NCBI GenBank assembly: GCA_964292015.1
Contig: CAXYUU010000001.1
Coordinates: 1 to 38,791 of the forward strand
Direction of reading: 5' to 3'
DNA from: an uncultured Acetobacteroides sp.
GTDB lineage: Bacteria; Bacteroidota; Bacteroidia; Bacteroidales; ZOR0009
DNA: 38,791 bases
Shown: piece by piece, positions 10,848-18,825 of the stretch
Position numbering within the stretch: the stretch's first letter is position 1
Layout: each line of letters opens with the position of its first letter
Program-made: the position numbers and the translations under genes
The notes under the pieces: generated by a model
Databases searched by the model: none
What the model saw: only the letters and a program-made list of their open reading frames with translations
Told to the model about the DNA's origin: nothing

Positions 10848-11609
10848 TTACACTTTCTTTTTTAGTAGGAGTAGGTATCCTCCAGTAGAAAACAGTATAA
10901 AATAGGCCGTATTGATATAAAAAATACGATTTAAGACCACTGTCGAGTTTAGGTAGAAATCGCGAAAAGAAGTTGAAATATTGCAGAATGGAATTAGGTA
11001 GCTGTATTTCCAATCTGCCACTATAGAACCAAAGACTATCATAAAACAGGCAAAGGTAATTGGTACGATAAAGTTATCCCATCTTAAACTTAGAAGAAGC
11101 TGTACCGACATAATGGTTACAAGAGTACCGAATGTTCGTACAAAAAATGCAACTATACTAAGCGAGATATCAAAATCTTGAAATCCTAAGTGTGGATACA
11201 TAATACTTAGCAAATTACCACCCAGAAGAAGTAATGAACACGCTACAATTAACGAGCACATAATCCAAAATATCAAAATAAGAATCTTAACTAGGTAGAA
11301 GTAATACTTGCTATATGGCAATGTAAATAGTTGCCTAAACCCATTGCACCGATGTTCTATATTGCATATCGAAAAGCAAATAATAGCAACAAATAGAGGG
11401 TAGAGTAATTGGTAAAAACCGAATATTTTTGAGCTGTAGTACTGCCAATAATTAATACCCTCTTCGTAGTTGATATCATTTAGTTCACTGGTAAAGGACA
11501 TAAAAACGATTAAGGTTACTAGTGCGGGTAAAGATAAAGAAATCGTAAAATTCCAATTACGTCTCGTTTTAAATATCTCGGATGATAAAACGTTATAAAA
11601 ATCGTTCAT
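10848..11609 (-). CDS. ABC-2-type permease, LanE/LanG-like (putative peptide immunity/efflux)
   Basis: 253 aa with ~6 TM segments. Contains SEIFKTRR, EHRCNGFRQLFTLP and LIPF. Its start overlaps the ATPase stop (ATGA at 11606-11609). Confidence 0.75.
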   Translation of the reverse strand: MNDFYNVLSSEIFKTRRNWNFTISLSLPALVTLIVFMSFTSELNDINYEEGINYWQYYSSKIFGFYQLLYPLFVAIICFSICNIEHRCNGFRQLFTLPYSKYYFYLVKILILIFWIMCSLIVACSLLLLGGNLLSIMYPHLGFQDFDISLSIVAFFVRTFGTLVTIMSVQLLLSLRWDNFIVPITFACFMIVFGSIVADWKYSYLIPFCNISTSFRDFYLNSTVVLNRIFYINTAYFILFSTGGYLLLLKKKV

Positions 11610-12508
11610 AATACAACTTGATTTAATTCAACAAAAATCTCTTCTAAATTTGTCGATGATGTGTTAATTGCATAAATTTCTATCTGGTTATTAAATAGCA
11701 AGCTAATTATTTGGTTGAACTCAGAGTCATTGTATACTTCAACCTTCAATTCCCCATTAATCGTTGATTTTACATGGTACAATGTGGATAATAGCGTGAA
11801 TGACCTGTCATTATTACTGGTTCTAACGAATACGCTTTTACTAACAGTTGACAGCAACTTCGACATCTCACCCTGATATATCAAGCCCCCTTGTTTGATA
11901 ATTCCGATATGGGTGCATAGCCTCTCGATTTCGCTCAAGATATGGCTTGACATAAATATGGTCACCCCTTCGCGCCATATTGTCAGCAGGAGCTTACGCA
12001 TTTCTACAACCCCATTTGGATCTAATCCATTAATGGGTTCGTCGAGTATCAAGAGCCTTGGCTTATGGAAGATTACCAGCCCGATTCCTAGCCGCTGCTT
12101 CATTCCTGTTGATAAATGCTTCACTTTTTTATGTCGATGCTCCCAAAGTCCGACATTCATAAGTACTTGGGTAATCCTTTCTTCGCCCATGCCATGAAGG
12201 TAATCGGCATACTTTAAACTCTCGTAAGCAGTTAAGTGAGGGTAGAGCGTTGGAGTCTCAATCAAATTCCCAATTTGTGAAAGTATCTCATTTCTATTAT
12301 GGTCGTAATCTTTATCAAATACTACTATCGAACCAGAATTGCATGGATGTAAACCTAGGAGTATTTTAATTGTTGTTGATTTACCGGCTCCGTTCTCACC
12401 AAGAAAGCCGTAAATGGAATTCTCCGGTACAATCAGACTTAAATTATCGATAACTTTACGGCTACCATAGCTGAAGTTCAACTTCTGAGTTCGTATAATT
12501 TCTTTCAT
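11606..12508 (-). CDS. ABC ATP-binding protein, LanF/BcrA-like
   Basis: Walker A GENGAGKST, signature LSTGMKQRLG, Walker B LILDEPINGLDP, H-loop SSHILSE. LIETP occupies the Q-loop position (an E-loop, as in LanF/BcrA). Confidence 0.85.
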   Translation of the reverse strand: MKEIIRTQKLNFSYGSRKVIDNLSLIVPENSIYGFLGENGAGKSTTIKILLGLHPCNSGSIVVFDKDYDHNRNEILSQIGNLIETPTLYPHLTAYESLKYADYLHGMGEERITQVLMNVGLWEHRHKKVKHLSTGMKQRLGIGLVIFHKPRLLILDEPINGLDPNGVVEMRKLLLTIWREGVTIFMSSHILSEIERLCTHIGIIKQGGLIYQGEMSKLLSTVSKSVFVRTSNNDRSFTLLSTLYHVKSTINGELKVEVYNDSEFNQIISLLFNNQIEIYAINTSSTNLEEIFVELNQVVL

Positions 12509-12512
12509 ATAA

Positions 12513-13799
12513 CTACTGATTTTCTTTTATGTCGGACATCCTATCGATATAAAAAATGCCATCTGTAATATTACACCAGCGCGCATTCATACTTTGACTA
12601 TTATTGCAATTCATATTAACCCTACTAAACATAAATGTGGAATAACGTATGGAGCTAAAATTCAGAAAAAGGTAGGGTTGTTTGAGCTTATGTAGTAAAA
12701 ATTCAACCGTTTTATTGTTGTATACTTCATCAGAATTACCTACCGATCTGGTGTTGGAAAAAGATGTGAAGTTTATGGCATAGCATTGTTTGCCATAAGA
12801 CTTTTTAATATACTCGCCCATCGATGTAAAACCAACCGGATGCGTGTAACTTCTATTATCGTAGCCTATATGCATGTTTGCTGCCCATATAATTATCTTT
12901 CGTCCTTTAAATCTATTCTCTTTTAGCCAGGTAAAGTTGGATGCCATAGCTGAATCTCTAACCTGAAATCGTTTAAGTGAGCCATAGTCGTACTTCCACG
13001 AATAGGTGTAAAGAGCATGTAGATTCGAAAAAAAACGAAGATATAGCATGTCGTTTTTATTTTGTGACTCTCTTTTTTTTAAGTAGTGGCAAATACCTTC
13101 GATATCAGAAAGTACAGAGTCTTTAAACGTTTTTTTCAACGTGTAAAATATGTGCGGCAGGGGGAATTCAGAATAGTTTGGTTTAACTTTAAAAAACGAG
13201 GGAAAGTTTTGTTTGTTAATTACGCGATGATTAGCAAGATAGGATGATAGCAATGAATCTCTCACAATATTCTTTACTTGACCACTAAACTGCACATCGA
13301 ACCCAGCAACAGATATTTCCTTAGTTGTATTAATATTTTTAAGAAGGTAACTTAGTAAATTCTTATTTTCGCTATTGTTTTGCCAGAATCGCCATAGTGC
13401 TGATGAGAATATAGAATCATTTTTCGCCGTATCTCGCTTTGCTTTCTGCCAAAACAACTCGGTATCATAAAGACCAGCTTCATACATCAGCACATCGAAA
13501 CCAAGTTCTTGGTGTAAAAATTTTACAAGCCTACTTTTTGCTAAAAAAGTGATACCATCAGTATGCATAGCTTCGCCGAGTAGTACAATTTGCTTTTCTT
13601 TTAAAACTTCTTTTAAAAAAAGCAAATCGGAGAAATTCGTGTCTTGTGGCGAAATACTTTTAATATGCTGCACATCCCGTCTTAACGAAGACACCTTTTG
13701 ATCCTTTTCACTAGCATTTATCCTTGTATGAGTTGAATACACCAAACTTGTGATTAGTAGGATTATAGTAAAAAGAAATATGAAAAAATAGTTTTTCAT
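12513..13799 (-). CDS. Exported erythromycin esterase (EreA/B-ChaN superfamily) family protein
   Basis: Hydrophobic N-terminus. Motifs IVLLGEAMHTDG, LHQELGFDVLMYEAG, GFDVQ, RDSAMASN, KIIIWAANMH, SMGEYI and DGIFYID. Confidence 0.8.
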   Translation of the reverse strand: MKNYFFIFLFTIILLITSLVYSTHTRINASEKDQKVSSLRRDVQHIKSISPQDTNFSDLLFLKEVLKEKQIVLLGEAMHTDGITFLAKSRLVKFLHQELGFDVLMYEAGLYDTELFWQKAKRDTAKNDSIFSSALWRFWQNNSENKNLLSYLLKNINTTKEISVAGFDVQFSGQVKNIVRDSLLSSYLANHRVINKQNFPSFFKVKPNYSEFPLPHIFYTLKKTFKDSVLSDIEGICHYLKKRESQNKNDMLYLRFFSNLHALYTYSWKYDYGSLKRFQVRDSAMASNFTWLKENRFKGRKIIIWAANMHIGYDNRSYTHPVGFTSMGEYIKKSYGKQCYAINFTSFSNTRSVGNSDEVYNNKTVEFLLHKLKQPYLFLNFSSIRYSTFMFSRVNMNCNNSQSMNARWCNITDGIFYIDRMSDIKENQ

Positions 13800-13808
13800 T
13801 ACGTCAGT

Positions 13809-14681
13809 TTAGGCTTTTATCTTACTTCGTGCCATTACAGAAGAGTAATGCTTATAAAGTAGATTATATAATACGAGTTCATGAGTACGCTGATTGGATA
13901 TAAACAACCTGTTGCAATGCATATGAATAAAATTAGAAACTAAGTCGTTTTTTGAAATAGATGAATTGTGAATTTCTAATATTTCAATAATTGCAACAGA
14001 AACAACGGTAATAGAATTTTCAAAATCATCTAACAAATTATAAATAGTAATATACTCTTGATTTCCATTCTTTCTTTCAAAAAAGTTTCGGATATTAAGT
14101 CTGTTATCGCTATACTTCTTGTCTAATTGTAACTTTAAACCTTTATTCAATCCAAACTCCTTGCCAAAAGAAACACTTAGTTTTTGCAGTAAATAAATTT
14201 TTTCTGACAATTCAAACTTAAACGCATTGAGTATTTTGTCTATTGCACATAAAGAATAAAGCCAACGGACTGTCTCATCTTCATTTTCATTAATAATGTG
14301 TAATAATCTTAAAGTGTAAATACTATCAATTTTAAAGAATTGTTCCGATAACTCCATCGTATTTTCACCATAACGTTCAATTTCTCTCTTATAAGTATCT
14401 AGTTGAATTTTCCAAACTAATTTTAAATCAACAAAAACATTAGTTAATGAATAAAAGTAAAATAGTATGTCATGAAATTTATTTGGATTATCAACTTTAA
14501 TTCTAATTCGAAGATGATAATCTGGATCTGTATATCTTATAAAAAAAAAGTTGCATATAATATGATCTCTCTCAAATAAAGGCATAACACATTCTAGTAG
14601 TAATTTGTCAGAGAATTTTATTCCACAATATAATTTCAAATATAGCCATTCACTACCTGGTATGAAAATACGTTTCAACAT
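13809..14681 (-). CDS. lanB: Lanthipeptide dehydratase, stand-alone elimination domain (Lant_dehydr_C; split LanB part 2)
   Basis: RIFIPGSEWLYLKLY, FFFIRYTDPDYHLRIR, YKREIERYG and FIHMHCNRL. Confidence 0.9.
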   Translation of the reverse strand: MLKRIFIPGSEWLYLKLYCGIKFSDKLLLECVMPLFERDHIICNFFFIRYTDPDYHLRIRIKVDNPNKFHDILFYFYSLTNVFVDLKLVWKIQLDTYKREIERYGENTMELSEQFFKIDSIYTLRLLHIINENEDETVRWLYSLCAIDKILNAFKFELSEKIYLLQKLSVSFGKEFGLNKGLKLQLDKKYSDNRLNIRNFFERKNGNQEYITIYNLLDDFENSITVVSVAIIEILEIHNSSISKNDLVSNFIHMHCNRLFISNQRTHELVLYNLLYKHYSSVMARSKIKA

Positions 14682-14684
14682 AAA

Positions 14685-16844
14685 TCAAAAATTTTTATAA
14701 AATGAAAAAATCATCTGATTAGTATAACCGCCTTCAATTGAATTCACAACTGCTTTTTCCTTCTTAAAGAGGAATTCATTCAACTGAAACACCTGCTTGT
14801 TTTTAACTAAGGACAATAGCATTTGTATGTGATTAGTACACCTAAAGTTAATATACATCTCATTATCACCTTCAATAAACTTAACTTCAATTGGGATTTT
14901 ACGTTCTTGTCGAAATTTTTCGACGAACATAAGTAAATATTCATTACTTACATTCCTCCATTTATCTATTTCTTCCTTTCTTACCAGCCATCTTGCGGAT
15001 GATAAAATTGCATTTTTATATATTAAACGTGGTAAATAATTAAATTCATTGAATAACTCATCCCACTTAAATGACAAACTACTTCGCGTATCTTGATCCT
15101 GTAAGTCACATAAAAAATGATAAATAGGTAGTGAATTGTAATTATAGTTGTGTGCATTACTTAATCTTGGAATTATTTCTTTACTATGATATTTTGACCA
15201 AAGCATAACGCGACCATTTTTAACACCTATCAAAATATCTTGTAGTGAAATTTGATATTCTTTATCGCAGCCTGATTTAGCTAAAAATGGAATTTCATAA
15301 TTTCTTAATATTGGTCGATTTATGACATTTCCTAAACGTGATTCAGGGAGATGAATAATTTCTGCAACAATCTTCCCTTCTAATAATTCCTTCTCCTTTT
15401 TCGTTATTTCTAATACAAAGTTATTAGTTGATACATCTGTATGGCAAAATCTTGCCAAAAGATTTGCAGCACTATGATTTCCTACTGCATTTAAGGAAAA
15501 AGTATCTCCATAATGCTCGACTAGAGCTGAAAAAGTTAAAGGTAAATCATTCCAGTCCTCATCAAGATCGATAATATCTTCATCAGTTATTTCTATGTGA
15601 TCACAATTATCGGACAATGATTTATTAACTTTTTTAATAAGAAATTTAGTTTGAGTGTTCATACTTCCATTATATGTATTTTTAGTCATTGGTAAGGATA
15701 AATCATCTATTAACGGATTAACAATGCCATATCTATTATCAGAACCATAACCTATTCCTATTTCTGGATCAAGAGCAATTTGTATTGGAATAAGTTCATC
15801 TTCATATCGATCAACAAATTTCCTTTTGAATGAAACAAGGTTTGAATTAGAATTTTTAGGTGTTAATTTATTTAATAATTTAATAGTCTGCTTAAGCACA
15901 TCAATAAAATTACAATCTAATTCAGCATTAATAACAGGCTTTGCTAAATCTGTTTGAAATATGTATTTTAAATCATACAAGGTGTCTAATTTCTTTACTA
16001 TATTCAAAATTTGTGTGTAATAATTACTTGTAATTCCTAACTCTTTAGAGTCGATACTTATCAAATGTAATTGAATTTGTTTTAACGAAAAAACAGTGTC
16101 ACGACACCAATCATTATTAATTTTCGACAAACATTCTATAATTGAAGTAAGTAGATCTTTACCAGTAACATTCGGATCTAACTCACTAATTAATATTTGT
16201 GAATCAATTAATTCATTAATAAACTCCAAAGCTTCTGCATAAGTTATGTCTTCTTCAATAATGCTATTGGCTAACTCTTTTATTGTGCAACCATCCTCCG
16301 ACTTAGCAAGTATGTTTTGTAGATACACATTTGCATCAACACTCATTAAGTGATAAAGTCTTTGACTATTTTTGTATTTAAATTCAATGTAACGATATTT
16401 ATCTGCACAAGTATATATTGATGAATTTGGAAAGAATAGTAGTTCATGTTTTACATTTTTATTTTGAGTTAAATCGTATGACAGAGTGCATAGATAGGAC
16501 ATGTCTAATCTAGTATATCTTGTATAACTCGTTTGCGGAGCGAGAAATACTTTTGACTCATTACTCAACTTAAAATCCGTTGTAGAAATACCTGCAAACA
16601 ATCCAAATGGAGTACATCTTACATGCGATCTTATATCATACTTTAAAACCGAAAGCTCAATCTTATTAATTGTTTTACTATTTTTTATATCTTCATTTCT
16701 TACCTTAAGCCATTCTGAATATAATTCAGGAGAAGCTAAAAATATTGATTCTTTAAAAATGGAAGAAATTACTGGATTATCTATTTCATCAAAAGAAAAC
16801 ATGGGAGTTCGAAGAAATATTTTTGAAAAAAGCGAATAGTTCAT
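14685..16844 (-). CDS. lanB: Lanthipeptide dehydratase, glutamylation domain (Lant_dehydr_N; split LanB part 1)
   Basis: FLRTP, SIFLASPEL, RSHVRCTPFGLFAG, RLGNVINRP, IIPRLSNAHNY, YLPRL and EGDNEM. Confidence 0.92.
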   Translation of the reverse strand: MNYSLFSKIFLRTPMFSFDEIDNPVISSIFKESIFLASPELYSEWLKVRNEDIKNSKTINKIELSVLKYDIRSHVRCTPFGLFAGISTTDFKLSNESKVFLAPQTSYTRYTRLDMSYLCTLSYDLTQNKNVKHELLFFPNSSIYTCADKYRYIEFKYKNSQRLYHLMSVDANVYLQNILAKSEDGCTIKELANSIIEEDITYAEALEFINELIDSQILISELDPNVTGKDLLTSIIECLSKINNDWCRDTVFSLKQIQLHLISIDSKELGITSNYYTQILNIVKKLDTLYDLKYIFQTDLAKPVINAELDCNFIDVLKQTIKLLNKLTPKNSNSNLVSFKRKFVDRYEDELIPIQIALDPEIGIGYGSDNRYGIVNPLIDDLSLPMTKNTYNGSMNTQTKFLIKKVNKSLSDNCDHIEITDEDIIDLDEDWNDLPLTFSALVEHYGDTFSLNAVGNHSAANLLARFCHTDVSTNNFVLEITKKEKELLEGKIVAEIIHLPESRLGNVINRPILRNYEIPFLAKSGCDKEYQISLQDILIGVKNGRVMLWSKYHSKEIIPRLSNAHNYNYNSLPIYHFLCDLQDQDTRSSLSFKWDELFNEFNYLPRLIYKNAILSSARWLVRKEEIDKWRNVSNEYLLMFVEKFRQERKIPIEVKFIEGDNEMYINFRCTNHIQMLLSLVKNKQVFQLNEFLFKKEKAVVNSIEGGYTNQMIFSFYKNF

Positions 16845-16855
16845 TTGTCTTAAAT

Positions 16856-18049
16856 TTAATTAAGTAGTAAGCATTCATCCCAATTAGAAACATTATCAGA
16901 TATAGAAGAAAGTAACATGAGTCCTATCCCGGAAATTCCTTCAAGTAATGAGCTGTCATTGATATACTCATTCCCATTAATTGCTTTATAGCCAGCAAGT
17001 CCATCCTTAAACTTTGACATTTTCAAAGTTTCATTTACCCAAAAATCATGAGCAATTTTCAATTTACTATCACCTATATTACAATACATTCGATTGAAAA
17101 TATGCGCTATACCCGCTGTCCCATGACAAAGACCAGCATCAGTCACAAATTCAACATCTAAATTTGTTCTATTGGCAGCATCTAAAAGAACCCTTTTTGC
17201 AATATTTTGCCACTCTAATTTATTCAACGCTTTACCTGCTTGCCAAATTGCACATGCAATTCCTAAATCGCCATAACACCATGCAAGTCGACTTTTTTTT
17301 ATAGTAATTTCACTTTCTATGGAATAACTAGGAAAATGTGATCCATATATATTAAAATCAATATTTTGAGTCGTAATATAATTAACAACACCCTCAATTA
17401 AAAATTCAACCTTTTTCTTTTCATTACTTTTGCATATGTTTATTATTTTAGTTAACAATACAAGTATACTAGACATACCATGGGACATTGAAATGTTGAA
17501 AATGTTTTTTTGCTTTGTAATATCATACGACATCCATTTTGTTATATGATACTCGCCATATGATTCATTAATTGATGACTCACTTAACCAGTCTATTAAT
17601 TCACTAATTATTTGTGCATACTTACTATTTTTAGTATTATTTGCTTTAAATATAAAGTAGAACGAAATACCCAAAGCCCCATGTAAAAAATCATAATGAT
17701 TTAATTTGATTTGATTATTTAATTCAATTAATAAATAATTATCAATTTCGTCATAGTTAATATCGTCAATAATTCCCTGCTTCTCAAGATATGAAAAAAA
17801 CCAACCAACACCAGATATTCCTGTACAGAACGTGGGAAATGCATCTGTATTTTTAAGCAATTCAATAGTGCAATTAATTAGATTTCTAGACGCTATAATA
17901 TATTTTTTATCATTGCTATATTTAGCATATTCAATCAGAAACATCGCACTCTCAGAAGTCCCTGAATGTAGTCCATAGTGTGGTATAAGTTGATATTCAC
18001 GAGAAAGGATCAATGCAATCGCATCAATTTTTGTTTTGTAATCCATCAA
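16856..18049 (-). CDS. lanC: Lanthionine cyclase LanC
   Basis: YDFLHGALG, SMSHG (catalytic His), RLAWCYGDLG and GLCHGTAG (Zn ligands Cys, Cys-His), and SLLEGISGIG. Confidence 0.93.
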   Translation of the reverse strand: MMDYKTKIDAIALILSREYQLIPHYGLHSGTSESAMFLIEYAKYSNDKKYIIASRNLINCTIELLKNTDAFPTFCTGISGVGWFFSYLEKQGIIDDINYDEIDNYLLIELNNQIKLNHYDFLHGALGISFYFIFKANNTKNSKYAQIISELIDWLSESSINESYGEYHITKWMSYDITKQKNIFNISMSHGMSSILVLLTKIINICKSNEKKKVEFLIEGVVNYITTQNIDFNIYGSHFPSYSIESEITIKKSRLAWCYGDLGIACAIWQAGKALNKLEWQNIAKRVLLDAANRTNLDVEFVTDAGLCHGTAGIAHIFNRMYCNIGDSKLKIAHDFWVNETLKMSKFKDGLAGYKAINGNEYINDSSLLEGISGIGLMLLSSISDNVSNWDECLLLN

Positions 18050-18080
18050 ATTATTAATAACTTAAATTTTAATATTCAAA

Positions 18081-18140
18081 TATTGTCCGATTAGAAGAAT
18101 AACTATAATAATTTATAGAAATATCTTAAATCGGACAATA
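18081..18140 (-). terminator. Long stem-loop between precursor gene and lanC (attenuator or mRNA stabiliser)
   Basis: Perfect 12-bp arms TATTGTCCGATT (18081-18092) and AATCGGACAATA (18129-18140), with an inner CTATAA/TTATAG pair. Confidence 0.7.
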
Positions 18141-18166
18141 CATTTCAGTGACATTAAGAAAATGAA

Positions 18167-18406
18167 CTATTCCACAGATTCTAATTCTGTCGATGTACAA
18201 AATGCTCGTGACCCACACGAAATAGTTCCACAATCTCGAGTACAATCAGCTTGTGTACAATTAAGCCAAGTTTTGGCAGTACCACAGCCATCAGTACAGC
18301 CAGCACTCCACCCACCACCTTGAATACCGTTCATTTCATCCTTATTAAGACGAGCAATACTCTCTTTATTAAGAGATAGTTTGTTTTTCAACTTAATCTT
18401 TTCCAT
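18167..18406 (-). CDS. lanA: Class I lanthipeptide precursor (Bacteroidota LxLxKxxIxxL leader, double-glycine cleavage site)
   Basis: Leader ...KLSLNKESIARLNKDEMNGIQGG. Core GWSAGCTDGCGTAKTWLNCTQADCTRDCGTISCGSRAFCTSTELESVE has 7 Cys and 13 Ser/Thr. Lies directly upstream of lanC. Confidence 0.93.
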   Translation of the reverse strand: MEKIKLKNKLSLNKESIARLNKDEMNGIQGGGWSAGCTDGCGTAKTWLNCTQADCTRDCGTISCGSRAFCTSTELESVE

Positions 18407-18420
18407 TATAACGTTTTTTT

Positions 18421-18483
18421 TACTACCTACTCATACCCTTTTCGGCATCCGGGGCAGCAAGGTTAATGGCCATCTTGCCTGCT
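18421..18483 (-). ncRNA. Candidate structured RNA in the precursor 5' UTR
   Basis: Hairpin GCAAG/CUUGC, then stem UGCC/GGUA with GAA opposite AGUA (loop E/bulged-G signature). The loop GGGUA is complementary to upstream UGCCC. Confidence 0.35.
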
Positions 18484-18490
18484 ACGAATG

Positions 18491-18527
18491 CTAATATAGT
18501 TGGGAAGCAGTCCAGAATCTTGTACTG
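18491..18527 (-). promoter_or_regulatory. Probable precursor promoter with palindromic operator, embedded in the 3' end of the HTH gene
   Basis: TATATTAG (a -7 variant, 18498-18491, containing the HTH stop codon). Imperfect palindrome CAGTACA-AGATTC-TGGACTG (18527-18508) sits at about the -33 position. Confidence 0.45.
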
Positions 18528-18820
18528 GGGCAACTATTTCTAGCTCCTCCAATAAGTTTCTTTAGGTCGTTAACCAGTAGGTAATTATCCGACTCCCGTT
18601 CTACTGCAAAAAGAATCTTTATCCCCTTTTTATAGTAGTAGGTATGCTTTTTTGAATCGTACTCAATTTCGGCACCAATATTTTTTAGCTCTTCGAAGAG
18701 GTTGTAGAGCGTACTGCGGGAAATACCTATTTTATGGGCCAGTATTTTTGAATCTCCGGTACATTCCTGATGTAGCTCGCGGTCTAGCTCCGCTAATTTT
18801 ACCATCTCTTTTATTGCCAT
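18491..18820 (-). CDS. Small winged-HTH protein with C-terminal double-glycine-leader-like motif
   Basis: HTH segment TGDSKILAHKIGISRSTLYNLFEELKNIGAEIEY and wing YDSKKHTYYY. Tail is LLVNDLKKLIGG-ARNSCPSTRFWTASQLY. Starts 6 nt after the hlyD stop. Confidence 0.8.
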   Translation of the reverse strand: MAIKEMVKLAELDRELHQECTGDSKILAHKIGISRSTLYNLFEELKNIGAEIEYDSKKHTYYYKKGIKILFAVERESDNYLLVNDLKKLIGGARNSCPSTRFWTASQLY

Positions 18821-18825
18821 GGCAG

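Noticed and set aside
10848-12508. Gliding motility ABC genes gldA/gldF, suggested by proximity to sprA
   Set aside because: They are on the opposite strand beyond a terminator and coupled to the lanthipeptide operon. The motifs are LanF/BcrA-like, and there is no gldG.
12513-13799. Acquired macrolide resistance gene (ereA/ereB)
   Set aside because: Only family-level motifs are seen. It has a signal/anchor, sits inside a RiPP operon, and has no integron or transposon context.
14682-14687. lanB pseudogene caused by a nonsense mutation
   Set aside because: The stop is at the domain boundary and an ATG follows one codon later. Both halves keep their motifs, and split LanBs are established in this phylum.
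13809-16844. Thiopeptide cluster (split dehydratase plus stand-alone Lant_dehydr_C domain)
   Set aside because: There is no YcaO, azole dehydrogenase or additional pyridine synthase. An intact LanC and a lanthipeptide-type leader are present.
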